Assembly (NCBI RefSeq): GCF_009914755.1 | Contig: NC_060937.1 | DNA: 64,000 nucleotides | From: the human T2T-CHM13v2.0 reference genome, Homo sapiens | Direction: 5' to 3' (one strand) | In this document: in pieces, positions 25,026 to 40,824 of the stretch | Numbering within the stretch: position 1 is the first letter of the stretch | Layout: each line of letters opens with the position of its first letter | The notes under the pieces: generated by a model | Seen by the model: the letters and a program-made list of their open reading frames with translations, nothing else | Told to the model about the DNA's origin: nothing | Database searches by the model: none | Made by a program: the position numbers and the translations under genes

Positions 25026-26129
25026 TACTTTTTGAGACAAAATCTTTTATTTCTAGAGAACAAAGCCTTGAGGAGGCCCTAGATATTGGTATTTGGAGAA
25101 TTATTTTAATAAAGAGATCAAGCAATGAGAAGTTTCTTGGAGGTACTGAATAAGAAATGAAGAAAAGGCCAAGAAGGTGGGAAAAAAGAGGGCTCAGAAA
25201 AGGAACTCAAGGAGGAGCTGGATAAGCTGGGAATGGGGGGAAAGCAGCATGTTGAGGGTAGAGGACAGGACGGGGTATGAAGGGGAATTCAAGAAATGGC
25301 TATGAAACAGAAGTGAAGGGCATCTAGAGTGGTATTTAAGTGCACCAATGTTGGAGAGCAGAGAGAAGCTACATAAAGCCCAAACTGGTGGTTACGAGCG
25401 AATTTATTGATAGAAGTAAAATCTCAAATTGCATGCTTAATGTCAATCTAGTTTACAGCTTTAGGTAATGTAAACTAAGGGTGACAAATTCAGAACAGAT
25501 GGCAAGAAGCAAGTCTTACAGACAGCAAATTACAAATGCCTGTGAAATGGACATCCTGAAGGGACAGCACTCAAATCCACTACCAGGGAACTTCACAATC
25601 CCTATCAGTGATTTACATGTGACAGTCATGGGTGGAGGCACCCACTAGCAAAGCTTCCTCCAGTTTTCATCAAGGAGAGTCTGTTCACTCCTTGATGTCA
25701 TTTGCTGACTGCATTTTAGGGGTAGCAAAATAACCTCCTGTTAGGAACATTGTGGGACTGACTTTTAAAAACAGATGTACTGTGATAATCAAATGGCAAG
25801 TCCCTTCCCTCAATTTTCTCTCTGAATGTTTGCTTCTGCTTTGGAAAATTGTTTGGAAATGTTTGGGCAAGTACTATGTTATACATGTAGTGTTCAGTTT
25901 GACGGAACTGTTTGACTAAAATGAGAATTGGAGGAAAATCAGATTTGGAAAAGTTTTCTTCTCCAATCACCTCTCAAATCAATATTATAAGGTAACTATG
26001 TGCTTTAAAGATTTAAAGATTCTTTTGATAGTACGATACAGCACAATGACAAATTGGATAGATGAAAGGCAGCCAACACTTTACTACTTACAGCTCCAAA
26101 GGAGAGAAGGTTGCCATGAAGGGCCACAC

Positions 26130-26420
26130 AGAGGATTGCTCCTGGAGATGGGGTAACAGCAAGTTGAAAATGTAGCAGGTGACTTATGTGTGGCAAGTGA
26201 GAGGAAGTTAGGTTCAGGGGCTTCCTGGGGATCAGCTAATTTGCATAATTCCCGGGAGTTGGGGCATAGATGCTGTCCCTGCTTGTTTGGTACCTGGCCC
26301 TGGGGAGGTTGGGATATGTGCCTAGTTGCTCTGGAGAGTGGACGTCTGATAAGAAAAGTGGTTGGGTTTTGGGCACAGCAAACTGCCTGCATGAGGAATT
26401 GAAGAGTTTTCAACCATGAC
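26130..26420. mobile_element. Ancient LTR fragment (LTR78-like, uncertain)
   Basis: GCTAATTTGCATAAT...GGGGCATAG...CTGTCCCT...TGGTACCTGGCCCTGGGG, recalled from an old ERV LTR consensus. Confidence 0.4.
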
Positions 26421-26844
26421 TTCAGCACTGAGTCCAGACGGCACTTGTGAAATATTATATTATCCTATTATGACTGCTGAAGTGTGGCAGCTTGAACCTG
26501 CAGAAACAGTTGTTTTTCTTGTTCTTTCTGCTTTTGAATTCTACATATGTAGAATTAAGGGCACTAAGACCCTTTGTGGTAAGGGAGGTATTTATATTCT
26601 CTCTTAGGATTCCACACTTTTTCAAACTGCTCCATTTTTTTCAGTACTATATCATTTTTTTCAGTCTACAAGGGTAGAAATCATACTTGAATTGTTCACT
26701 GATCCTTCTTTCTGCAGCTGCTTGCCTGCTCTTCCCTAATTTATTTATGCCTTTCTATTCCTACAGGTGCTATCTTAACTCAGGTCTATATTATCTCATA
26801 ATTATTTTAATAGCCTCTTTCAGCCACTTTCCTTTCCTCTAGTC

Positions 26845-27061
26845 CAGGGGTCACTAAACTATGGCCTGCAGGCCAAATCTAGGCCATTGCCTGCTTTTGG
26901 AAATAAATTTTTATTGGAACATTCCACTCATTTGTTTATGTATTGTCTGTGGCTGCTTTCATGTTACAAGGGCAGAATACAGTCATTGCAATAGAGCCTA
27001 CAGCATGCAAAACCTGAAATATTTATGGTCTGCCTTTACAGAAAAAGTGTGTCAACCCTTG
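26845..27061. mobile_element. MER58A (hAT-Charlie)
   Basis: CAGGGGTCACTAAACTATGGCCTGCAGGCCAAATCT...TTTTATTGGAACA...CCTTTACAGAAAAAG...CAACCCTTG. Confidence 0.88.
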
Positions 27062-28229
27062 TGTCTTGTATAAGATACTAAATATCCATTCAAAATCCTG
27101 ATCATGTCCATCCAGGAGGTAAGACGAGGAGAGGAAGGAACTACATTCATTGAGAACTCCATGTCAACTCTGGGCTGGACACTTTGTGTGAGTAAAGCCC
27201 AGGTCTATAAACTCAGGGGAGTAAATGATGTAACTTCCCTTCTTTTTTTTCCTAAAACTTAATGTAATTTCTATTATGAAACACCATCCTCTTGGATGTC
27301 AGAAACTTAAATCCCTGTTAGTTCAGTTAATTCAGTCTTTCCCTGTCTTCTTTCCCTGGGATTTTATCTGTTCTCTGGGTGAGGGGAAGTGCACAGTACA
27401 GAGATGTTGGATGGGCAGATCCCTGTCATCAGCCTCACTGTTGTCATGTAATTGTCACTCACCTATGAAGACCTGCTATATTGTTTCTTGTTCCCATCCT
27501 GAAAGTCCCATTGGATATGCCTGTCTTTGCATCTTTTCTGCCCCCTTGGGATTTACAGAAAATGTGATATATTTCCCACTTGGGGTTGTAGGACCTCTGG
27601 GAGGCTGTGGGAGGCCTCATCCGCTTCTGTGTCACAGTAGGTTCATTTGATGTTTCTATTACTTTTTGGCCACACCGAGCCACAGGGATGTAGTGAGAAT
27701 TTTTAAGGTTCTTTCTTCTCTAGATACGTTTCAATAATTTCTTCTTAGGGGTTTGCTGCCTCATGAGAAATGAGGCATAGGCCTCCTTTACTCTCAAATC
27801 CCATAAACGTACACAGTGATTCTCCATTCTCCCCAGAGCTCAGCGGGGGTTGGGTACCCATAAAAGGTTCTACTTTCCTTGCCCTGCAACATCTAAATTG
27901 ATGCCTCCGTTGTCCAGCCTGGAACATTTTGTGTCATTAAAAGTTGAAGACTGGAGTGGGGGTAAGAAAAAGGAAAGTTAGCTCCTACTTATAACATACT
28001 CTTCCAAATTGATGATAGATAGACATGATTTTTTTTTCCATTCCCTCTCAAGTTAGGCTCCTGAAATTCCAAACCCAAGGACTGGCTCCTGTTTACTCTT
28101 CTTCTGCTGTTTGATGCCTTCCTTGAGGCAATAGAATCCTACCTGACCAGAGTTTATAGTAATTCAGGAAAAACACATGGGTTAATCTCCTAATAGTAAC
28201 CTTTCTCTCATCTCCACTCCCCATTTCTA

Positions 28230-28385
28230 CCACACACTTTATCTCACTTGGTCCTTACAATAGCACTGACAGATAAAGCTTTCTGCTTCCATTATGTAGA
28301 AGAGGAAATAGATCCTGATGACTTAAATAGTAGAGTCAGAATATGAATTCAGGTGTAATGGTCCCCAAATGAGTGTTCTCCTTAT
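28230..28385 (-). mobile_element. MIR fragment
   Basis: TTATCTCACTTGGTCCTTACAA...CCATTATGTAGAAGAGGAAA...AGAGTCAGAATATGAATTCAGG. Confidence 0.6.
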
Positions 28386-28619
28386 ATGGCATTACAGCAT
28401 TAATTTTACACTGAAGTTTGGTTCTCATATCTTAAGAGAGAAATTTATAGCAATAAACACCTCATGTTCCTATCCTATTCTTCTTCTCTGTTTAAAGTCT
28501 ACTCTGTAGGTTACCTGTCTTCCTATTTCCTTTGGTTGTAATGGTTTTATAGCTTATTGGATGCTCTATGTATTATAATATCACAAGTTAAAAATGTACC
28601 ATAAACAACTCTACACTTT

Positions 28620-29590
28620 GATTTGTTCATTCAGTCATCAAAAAAATATATATACATTGTCCCTTTGAATGCAAAGCAGTGTGCTAAGCACTGTGATTCT
28701 GGGAATAGATCCTAACCATAGGGGTATATAATATAGGAAGGGAAAAAGACATTCAAATAGTCTTCAATTACACAAGTTGTCATTGTTAATGGGGCTAAAT
28801 CAATGTGCAAGAAGTTTGCTATTGTTCCATGGAAGAATATTTAATTTGTCTGGAGGAATCAGGGCAAGCTTCATAGAAGAGGCAACAACTAAACTGGGTC
28901 TTAGAGGATGATTAGAAGTTTCAATGGGGGAGAAGGTATGGAAGAACCACCCAGGCTGAAGGTACACCAAGAAGAAGAGACACCAAAGAAAGACACCAAG
29001 TAGAAGAAGAATGTGTTTGTATTAGTCCATTCTCATGCTGCTGATAAAGACATACCCAAGACTGGGTAATTTATAAATAAAAAGAGATTTAGTAGACTCA
29101 CAGTTCCACGTGGCTGGGAAGGCCTCACAATCATGGCAGACGGCAAAAGGCACGTCTTACATGGTGACAGACAAGAGAGAATGAGAGACAAGCAAAATGG
29201 GAAACTCCTTATCAAACCGTCAGATCTCACGAGACTTATTCACTACCATGAGAACAGTATGGGGGAAACTGCCTACATGATTCAATTATCTCCCACCAGG
29301 TCCCTTCCACAACACATGGGAATTATAGGAGTTACAATTCAAGATGAGATTTGGGTGGGGACACAGTCAAACAATATCAGTGTTCTATTCCTGGGTTGGT
29401 AAATAGATTGGCAAGTAAAAACTACAAGGTCAATGGAGGGATGTCATAGGATACAGGCCTCTAAATATAAATCAGCACCTGGACATGAAGGACATTTAAT
29501 GTCTTGCTAAGGAGCATGAACATTATTCCTGGGTAAAAGAAATCCACTGATGGCTTCTAGAGGGGAGTGTCTCTGGCCAATCTAAAATCA
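28620..29590 (-). mobile_element. L2 split by THE1B
   Basis: TTCATTCAGTCATC tail, ATCAGGGCAAGCTTCATAGAAGAGG...CTGGGTCTTAGAGGATGA, and GCTAAGGAG...CCACTGATGG after the LTR. Confidence 0.7.
29018..29379 (-). mobile_element. THE1B MaLR solo LTR
   Basis: TGTATTAGTCCATTCTCATGCTGCTGATAAAGACATACCC...GAGATTTGGGTGGGGACACAG...ATATCA. Perfect 5-bp TSD GTGTT (29013-29017, 29380-29384). Confidence 0.93.
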
Positions 29591-30409
29591 ACATATTCAG
29601 TAATTTCAGCTTGTGATTTGCAGGGAGAACAAAGGAAGGGCAAATCTTGGGTTAAAATTCACAATTATAATTATTTGCATATTTAAATCCATTGTCCACA
29701 TTATCCATATTCTAAATTAACATGGGAAAACTTGGTTTGTGGTTTTGATACCATGATGAAGTAGAGATTTTGACTTTGGCCTTGTTTAGATGTTTCCTAC
29801 AGATGCTGTGTTCATTAGTCTAGAGGTGTTAGTTCTTCAATTCCTTTTATAAGCATTTTGTTATTTTGTCATTGGCTAATAATGGATGTGTCAAAGTTAA
29901 TATGTCTCAACTGCCTGAGAAATTCTTCCCTGCCATAGATTATGGTGACATAATTTTCGAGATGATATATGCCCTTCTTGTGAAGCCTAGCTTGTTACCA
30001 AGTTTTGGCCTTTGACTACATCTTTTTTTTTCCAGGTAAAGGATGGAACACATGCTGTTAGCTTTTGATTTGCTCTTCCTGCCACATTAAGTATACAGCT
30101 CAGGAATGATTGTGCTGGAGCATAGTTAGCAAATGGTCGATCTATTCTCCTTGTAGAAGAAATGGAGGAAAAACAAAAAGAAGATTAAAAGCAAAATGAT
30201 CAGTTTCCACCTCCAAACTCATCATTTAAAATAGAAAAAAAATGTGTCCTTACCCATAACTGTGTAAGACATTTGAATTTATTTATTCTTTTATTTGATT
30301 GACTGATTTATCAGGAAACATTGATCACATGCCAAAGGCTGAATGTTGGATTGGAAAGTAAGGTGAGGTGGGAGTATGAAGTTCAATCTAAGGGTCACAT
30401 AATTCAATC

Positions 30410-30709
30410 TTTTTTTTTTGTTGTTGAGACAGGGTCTTGCTTTGTTGCCCTGGCTGGAATTCAGTGGGAAGACCACAGCTCACTGCAGCCTCGACCTCCT
30501 GGGCTCAAGGGATCCTCTGCCTCAGCCTCCCAAGTAGCTGGGACTACAGATGCATACCACTACACCCAGCTAATTTTTTTTAAGTTATTTGTAGAGATGC
30601 AGTCTCGTCATTTTGTCCAGGCTGGTCTCAAACTCCTGGGCTCAAGAGATCATCCCACCTTGGCCTCCCAAAGTGCTAGGACTACAGGCATGAACCAACA
30701 TACCTGGCC
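30410..30709 (-). mobile_element. AluJ
   Basis: GAGACAGGGTCTTGC...CACAGCTCACTGCAGCCTCGACCTCCTGGGCTCAAG (J diagnostics); dimeric with T-tail. Confidence 0.93.
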
Positions 30710-30771
30710 ACATAATCTTAAAATTAAACTTGGACTATTTATTGCAGATATTACTTAATCAACAAGTTCTG

Positions 30772-33007
<2,236 letters not shown>

Positions 33008-33777
33008 AACAAGTTCTGTTTTTTTTACATTTAATCTGTGTAAGACTTGTACTGGGTGCTATGGCATGAAACAAGGCATATTCAACTGATTTAACAATGT
33101 TTGATAGATGTTGGCTAATGACATAAGTAGAAATTAAGGATAGACTCAATATAGTATTTGAGAGGTTAGAAGAGGGGGAACTTTCTAGGGACTTGATGAT
33201 TAGGGAATGTCCCATGGTAGAGGTGGTAGGGCTTGTCCCGTGCTGACTTGACAGCTACCACTTCACTCCCATGTCTGAATAAACAATTTCAATCCATTTA
33301 AACTACTATTTGAACAGTGGTCTGAGGTGATTAAAAAATGTAAAAAATATTTTTGCTTCATATTGAGTTATACTCTGATTAGTTATTAAATGAAGACAAT
33401 TTCCCATAAGTTCTTTTAGAGATGAGAAAATTAGTTATGGGTGAGCATAGTCCATTAATTATTTCATGTACCTGAAGATCTCCAGGGAATGCCATGGCTT
33501 CACAACATGGCCCCAGAGGGTTAAATTTTGCATTTGATTCCCTGCATTTGCTGAAGATGAGTGAAATTGGATGACTCCCTGTTGACTATGCATCTGAAGC
33601 AGCTACTGTGTGTTGTTTATTTCCCTAGAGAGCATGAATTCTATAACATCCTGCTTTTAGTAAAATTATGCCTCTTTCTCTCCAAAGATTTTCACATGTA
33701 AGTAGGCTAGATAAACTCTAGAAGTTCACAGTGACAGACCTCTGGGAATAGAGAAATATCCCTATATTGCTTTAAAG

Positions 33778-34390
33778 ATTATTTTTAATTATGAAATATT
33801 TCAAACATGCCAACAAGTATACGAAATAATGTAATAAAGACCATGCACCCTGTACGTAGATTTAATAAATGTCAATATTTTGCCATTATATGTATATGTA
33901 TATATATATATTATATATATATATGCCTCAGACCTCTTTCTCTCTCTTCTTTTAAAGAAATAGAATAGTTATCAATACAGCTAATGCCTCTCCTTTGCAT
34001 TACTTCCACTCCCTGCTCTCTAGAAGTAGTTGCTATTCTGAAGTTGGTTGATCTATGTTATTTCCTTGAATACTAAAATTTTTACGTGCTATGTAGATAT
34101 CAAGAAACAAAACATACTGTTATTTATGTGGTTTATGATTTTATATAAATGACATTAGAATGTATATATCACTGCACTGCACCTTGCATTTTGCAGTCAG
34201 CATTATGTTTTTGAGATTTAACCATATTGATGTATGTGAATCTAGTATACTCACTTTAACTGTTGTATAGTATTTTATTGTCTGAGTCAATCATGGTTTT
34301 TTTAAGCTCTGTTTGCTATCACTGAGGCTTCTTTTGCATGTGTGTATGTTTCTTTGGGAGGAGCACATTAAAAGTGGAATTGCTACATCA
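33778..34390 (-). mobile_element. L1ME-type 3' fragment with embedded (TA)n
   Basis: TTTTAATTATGAAATATTTCAAACAT...CATTATGTTTTTGAGATTTAACCAT...AGTGGAATTGCT. Confidence 0.65.
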
Positions 34391-34493
34391 TGATTTAGTG
34401 TAGGCTCCTGAAAGTCAGAAAACCTGTGATACCACAAAAAAGTTAATTTCTTTTCTCATAATATCCCAGAACAGGTGCTCACATCAGTGGGTG

Positions 34494-34982
34494 TGTGATA
34501 TTTCATTGTATGTGTCAACTTGACTGTATCACATGATTCCAAGATTATCTGGTTAAACATTATTTCTGGGTGTTTCTGTGAGGTGTGAGACTTCATAGAA
34601 GAGGTTAGCATTTAAATTAGTGAACTGAACAAAAGTGATGACCCTCTTCCATTCGGGTGAGCTTCATCCAACCCATTGAGAAGCTGAATAGAACAAAAGG
34701 TGGAGGAAGGGAGGATTGGTTGGTTCTCTGACTGAGTGCTTGAGCTGGAACATCAGTCTTCTCCTGACCTCAGTACTCCTGATTCTCAGGCCTTGAGACT
34801 GGAACTGGAATCTATAACATGGGCTTTTCAGCTCTCAGGCCTTAAAATGACACTACTGGCTTTCCTGGGTCTCTGGCTTGCACACAGCAGATCATAGCCT
34901 CAGCCTCCTTTTCATAATTACATTAGCCAATATCTTACAATACATCTGCATCTCTCTGTATATGTCTGTCTGCCTATCTATC

Positions 34983-35033
<51 letters not shown>

Positions 35034-35132
35034 ATTTATCTATCTAAACTATCTGCCTATCTACCTGCCTACCTATCTTTCTATCTATCTGTTCTGTTGG
35101 TTTTGTTTCTCTGGAGAACGATGAGTAATACA
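34494..35132 (+). mobile_element. MLT2B ERVL solo LTR
   Basis: TGTGAT...TATGTGTCAACTTGACTG...GCTGAATAGAACAAAAGGTGGAGGAAGGG...TTTCTCTGGAGAAC...TAATACA. Flanks GGGTG/AGGTG. Confidence 0.88.
34960..35090. repeat. Compound (ATCT)n microsatellite with pure core (ATCT)12 at 34983-35030
   Basis: Counted directly; lies within the MLT2B LTR. Confidence 0.95.
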
Positions 35133-35984
35133 AGGTGGTTCTCCTCGGTGAAGTGACTCAGGGACTTATTTGTCTTCCAACTGTGTCTCCATCTTTTCCT
35201 GGGCAATTCATGACCTGCATGCACCTGCAGGAAGTGGAAAGAAAGCATGGAGGAGACACATTCGCTCTTATAAACTCTAGGTTGAATTGGCACAAACCAC
35301 TTCTACTGTTCCCAGAAATATAACTGATTAGTTATTTATGCATGCTCTGGGAAATTATCCTTAGTATGGAGTCATTCACAGTGGAGGTTGTCTTTAGCCT
35401 GTTATTTTCAGGTCAGCTTTCACAAACTGCCAGAATTATGTTGGATAATAAAATTGTCCTACATTTTCTCCTTGTAGGCCATGATAGTGTACATGCAATC
35501 ACAAATACATTGTGTTGTACCCTAGGTTAATTGATAACTTAGATGAAATGGAGAATCATATCAAAGCATAATAAAGTCAACCTTGTTTCTTAAGGTAGAT
35601 CACAATGGTTAATGGAGTTTGTTCAGCCGACTGTGATAGCAGCCTTCATGAAATATTGTACAAGGCAAATTGACAGATTTGGTCCCTGCCTCAATTGGCA
35701 AGATTGATCAGAGTGACTGAGTGATTGGTATACTCAGAAAAATTTACCAAAAGTGAACACAATGTAGAAAAGAGGGTGCATGTTGTTGGAAGTAAATTCT
35801 CTACGTGTCTGCAACATTTCTGCACAGCATGCAAGAAGAGGCACTGACTACCTTTGCTCTGGACTGTCTTGATTCTGGTTTCCTAATGATCATGGATGTC
35901 TTTTTGGAGCAAAGAGCAGTCATGATTAGTGTCCATTGTAGAAGAATTAGATCTCCTAACCTTAGGGTTTTCATCCTATAACTC

Positions 35985-36230
35985 AATCCACTGTGTGTGC
36001 GGGTACCACCTTGTCCTCTTTAAAGCTCCCCGTGGAAAGTGGGGCTTGGGGAACTGGCACAAGAAAGTGCTGATATTCTGGCTGCTATTGTTGCTGTGAG
36101 TAATAAAGACCTTTGTCTCTGACCCAGGAGACTTGCATTAAGACTTCTTTTAGCATTCATGATAAAGTGGCAGGCTAACTTGTTAGATTTTAAGTAGGGT
36201 AAAATGGGACATCTTTCAAAGTTCTTGGCA
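35985..36230 (+). mobile_element. ERV solo-LTR 3' portion (subfamily uncertain)
   Basis: TTGCTGTGAGTAATAAAGACCTTTGTCTCTGACCCAGGAG...GGCAGGCTAACTTGTTAG...AGTAGGGTAAAAT...GTTCTTGGCA; poly(A) signal and CA terminus. Confidence 0.65.
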
Positions 36231-36249
36231 ATGAGAAAATAGAACATAG

Positions 36250-36385
36250 CTTGGATGATCTTGGGAAACGAACCTAACCGCCACGAGTCTCTTATTTTAT
36301 ATATTTTGTAAGTAAAAGGACTTGGTCTAGGTCAGATTACTGGTAAGGGCCCTCCGAGTCTGAAGAACTATGGTTCTATGATTCC
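36250..36385 (+). mobile_element. MIR3-like fragment
   Basis: TGATCTTGGGAAA...TTGGTCTAG...TAAGGGCCCTCC...CTATGGTTCTATGATT. Confidence 0.5.
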
Positions 36386-36541
36386 TTGGGGGTAGTGCTT
36401 AGGCCTTTGCTCTGCAGGACCCCAGTGGAATATGTCTGGTTGTAAAATACTGGTTAAAACCTTGAGTGCTTCTCTTTAGCACTTCTTGCTTTACTCTCCT
36501 ATATCTTGACACCGTATGCCTTCATTTTAAGGTGTATTTAA

Positions 36542-36925
<384 letters not shown>

Positions 36926-39278
36926 TAATCCATAGTTAAAGACACAGAGGGCATTTTAAAGACAATCCCTCATTTAGCTGGTGATTGAAAGAAATCCGTG
37001 TGTGTAGCCTCTGTTGGATCTGACAGCATATCAAGGCAGTTCTGCCATCCAGGCTTGTTTGAGGAGCCTCAGGGCAGTATGAATCTGCATTTCATTCCCT
37101 ATGATGGAAACAGAGAGATCAGAAGCTAAGCAAAGGACAGTGACTCAGGACACTTAACTTTAGGAGCCCTTATTTGTTTTGAATATCAAATCAGTTGTCT
37201 TTTGTGTTGTGGTGAAGATTTCACACTGACAAACTTGGTTGCTAATGATATTTTTCCATGTGGGACTCTATAAGTCTTGACTGGAGGGTAGAGGGTAGAG
37301 AGAGTCCTGAGTGGAAAAATGGTCAGGAGAGATCTGTTTTATTTTTTTGATTTTTTTGCGGGGTCTCGAAGCGTGGTTGTGACTGAGTCATTTACTCTTT
37401 GCACCTCAAATGATTTTTTAACTCAAATGCTGTTCCTCATGTACATGACAGGAGGTGATGGGTCAAATGTTGGTGAGGGCTTGATTGACAGGACAGAAGC
37501 CCAAGCCTGGAGGGAAGGCAGAGTGGGGAGGAAAACCGTGAAAGGCACTGCAGAGAGAAGCCACTGCCTGGGCAGAGGCAGCCCCAGTGCTGTGCGGAAG
37601 CTTGCTCTCCTGGCTTGCTTCCCTAATCTTTATATTCAAGCCATATACCTCAGGGCCTGTGAATCAACACACTTGCTTATTTACTGCTCTTTCTCTGGAA
37701 CACTGAGCAGCTCTGGCTTGACGGGGTGTACAGATACCTATTCTATCTCTAGGACCAGTGGTAGGAAAAGACTCTTGTCCTTCCCGATCACCTAGAGAGA
37801 GGCTTTCACAAGGGCATGTCCTGCAGTCTTTCAGGCCAGAGCATTGCATGCAGATGTCCTCACATTGTCAGATGCTGCATAATCCTCATAAACTCTGTGA
37901 TGCTCTTAAATCTTCTTGAAGTGCAGCTGCTACCTTTTCACATGGCATCTTCTCCTGTGAGATGCATTTTCCTCTGCATTTTTCAAGCTTGTAATTCTCT
38001 AACTTAAAAAAAAAGTTCAGCTATCAAGAAAACTTGCTTTTTTCTCATTAAGACCCCGAATCACAAGAATGTCTGATTAAATTAACCACAAGTTCTAGAG
38101 CACAAGCAGTGCTCTGTTTAATCTTCAGTTTTCTTATTCATACTGGGTGATGGAAACACTTTTCTCCTTCTTGTTACTTTGGACTCCCTAGGTACAGGGA
38201 CACTTCCTTGTTACTGGCTCTGAAAAGACATGTGTCTCGTAAACAGTAGTCGGAATAGATCAGCGTTTTATATCTTCGAGTACATTTGTTAGCTATAAAG
38301 TAAGATATGAGAGGGAGGAGGAATATATCCTAGGTAGAAGAGAATATTTCATATTTCGTAATCACATTTTCTCAGAAATAGTGTATCCAAATATTCAACA
38401 CACAAAAAGGCAGCATCCTAACTGCTTTTTCCTTCTCTCCTCACCTGACTGTGTTTTTCCTTACCTATTTTATCTTTTCATTTCAGTTCTGCACTTCACC
38501 TTGTCGTCCCCCCTTATCTCCTTCCCTCTGAATTTATTAATCAAGTAATCCATCTTTACCGTGTAGGCAGTGCCGTCACCACAAATCCTGCAGCTGCTCA
38601 CACTGACTATAAAATAAACCTCTTTGAGAAGCCTCAGAATGGTGACTGGTTGCATAAAGTAGATTATGCCTGTCTGGAGCCCCCTGGAAATTGTTGTATT
38701 CCACTTATTACCTGTATTTGAAATGAAAATATCAAGATAGTTTATCTTTGAAATGCTCCTTTCCAGACTATGAAGTTGAAAACTTAATAGTATCATGAAT
38801 TCAGTTTAAAACAACAATATATTTATTCAAGATACTCTCTTCACAATACTATACCTCAGAAATGTTCTCAATAAAGTATGCATTTTAGCATTGTTTTTAC
38901 TACACTAATTAATTGAGACCCAAAGTGTACTTGGTGTTGTTGAGGGGCAGGGAAGGAGAGAGATAGGTTGAGAAAGATGGAGAGAAAGAGAATTACCATT
39001 TTAATGGTGCTATAATCTAAAAGTCTGAAGATGAAAGCATTTCAGAAATGTGATTTGCTCTTTTGTTTCTGTCTTTATCTTTCAAATACATACCACCTTA
39101 GTGAAGAGGTTGGTCATCTATTACTTTGACAATTCTACTTTATACCCTCTAATGCCAGGACTTAAAGATAGATACATTTAAGGCTACTCACTCACTTATT
39201 TCTTTCCTCTCAGATGAGTGGTCAAAATTGGCAAGCAGAAGTTGAGTCTGTTTCTTACAGCTGACCCTGTATTTACTC

Positions 39279-39507
39279 CAGAGGTTCTCATCTGGGACTG
39301 ATTCTTCCCCACTCCCTCCATGAGATGTCTGGCAATGTTGGGAGACATTTTTGGTTGTCACAACTGTGTATGGGAGGGTACTGCTGGCACCTAGTGGGTA
39401 GAGAGCCTGGAGATGCTATTAAATATCCTATAATACCTAGTACAGCCCCAACAACAAAAAATTTCTGGTTCTAATGTCCATAGTGCTGAGGAGGCTGAGA
39501 AGTCCTG
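39279..39507. mobile_element. MER20 (hAT-Charlie)
   Basis: CAGAGGTTCTCA...TGGCAATGTTGGGAGACATTTTTGGTTGTCACAACTG...CTGGCACCTAGTGGGTAGAG...AGTGCTGAG...TGAGAAGTCCTG. Confidence 0.9.
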
Positions 39508-39594
39508 ATTTATGCTAACCAGATTTAGTAGCAAATGCTGAAAGCAGGAACAGGAGGAGAGAAGACAGGAAGAAAATAAAAATAAATCAAGAAG

Positions 39595-39790
39595 TTACTG
39601 CAGGCCTGATATATACACATTCGCATATGTCTTTTCTTTCATTTAATCCTCATAGAAATTCCCGTAAGTATAATTGTTTCTTCTTTTATTTTTTTCTTCT
39701 GTCAAAGGAAGAATCTGAGACCCAGAGAAGGTAAGTGATGTGCTTTAAGTCACATGTCTTAGCAAGTGTAATTCTGAAGCCCTTGCCTTT
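39595..39790 (-). mobile_element. MIR
   Basis: TCATTTAATCCTCA...CTGAGACCCAGAGAAGGTAAGTGA...AAGTCACA. Confidence 0.7.
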
Positions 39791-40824
39791 CCTGTTTCTC
39801 TTCTCTGGGAGCAGGAAGACAATTATCCATTCAGGTCTCAGAGTGGAGAGAATGGAGGCTGGATTGGTACACTTTACCAATAGATTTATACAGGTAGATG
39901 CTCATATTGTATCAAATAACCAATGTCCATCATTTTTTTTGGATGGTTTTAACTTCAAACACTTGGAAAGCTATTATTTGTATCGTGATGTTTCTTTTGG
40001 AAAAATATGGTCATTCTTCCTTTTCTGTTTTTTAAAAAATCTCCTTAAGAAACTTCGCCAATCACTTAGATCTTGGGCTGTGGTGTTTGATATATTACAG
40101 AAAAATGTGTAGGAGAGGTCAATGTGCCGTGGGTCATGAATTAAGAACACATAAACTACAGATGCTCAACTAAAAGCTTAAGCCAGAAAAGAATAACTTT
40201 TAGGACTGAAAATTATTGGATATAGAATGTCTCAAAAGAACTGAATCATCTTTTTCTCTGGCTATTTTGAAAAAACAAAATAGATTTTCATCCACTGAAA
40301 CAGTTTAGTACTTTTTTCCTTGAAGATTCCCATAATAAGTTTGTTTTTTCTTTTTATGGTCACAATTTTTGATCAACTGCAATACAGAGTGGGATAAAAA
40401 CATTTCCCATCAAAATTCATCTTCTTTGGGAGTTTCGAAGTATAAATGACAAGTGCCAGTGGAAAAGGCCATTTCTTTCCATTGACCTTGGCCTTCTGGA
40501 ATCAGCGTCTTCAGAAGTGAAGGCTGGGCATTTGCATTTTCCATAAGTTCCACAGGAGATTTTATTTTAACAAGCACCGTGTTTTGAATTTAGTGCCACT
40601 CAATAATTCTTGTTGATGATAGTTCTCTTGGTGGTTGCCCATCCGACCTGCTCTGGGCCAGCCTGGAACCCAAGCCAAATCTACGTTTGTTAGACTTTTA
40701 AAAGGATTTTTGTCCCAAATGTTATAAGGAGATTTTTTAAACGTGGCTGTGAATTACCCTTAAAAGTATAAAGCTATTGCTATAGAAAAATAGTGTTAGT
40801 TTTTCATAATAGAGTCTTAAAACT

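Noticed and set aside
27250-27950. Moderately GC-rich unique-looking block with several short ORFs
   Set aside because: Could be an unrecognised old LTR; I can identify neither termini nor protein similarity.
30321-30758. Alu-derived ORFs (also 36542-36928, 46266-46676, 46408-46638, 54016-54285)
   Set aside because: Standard Alu translation artefacts.
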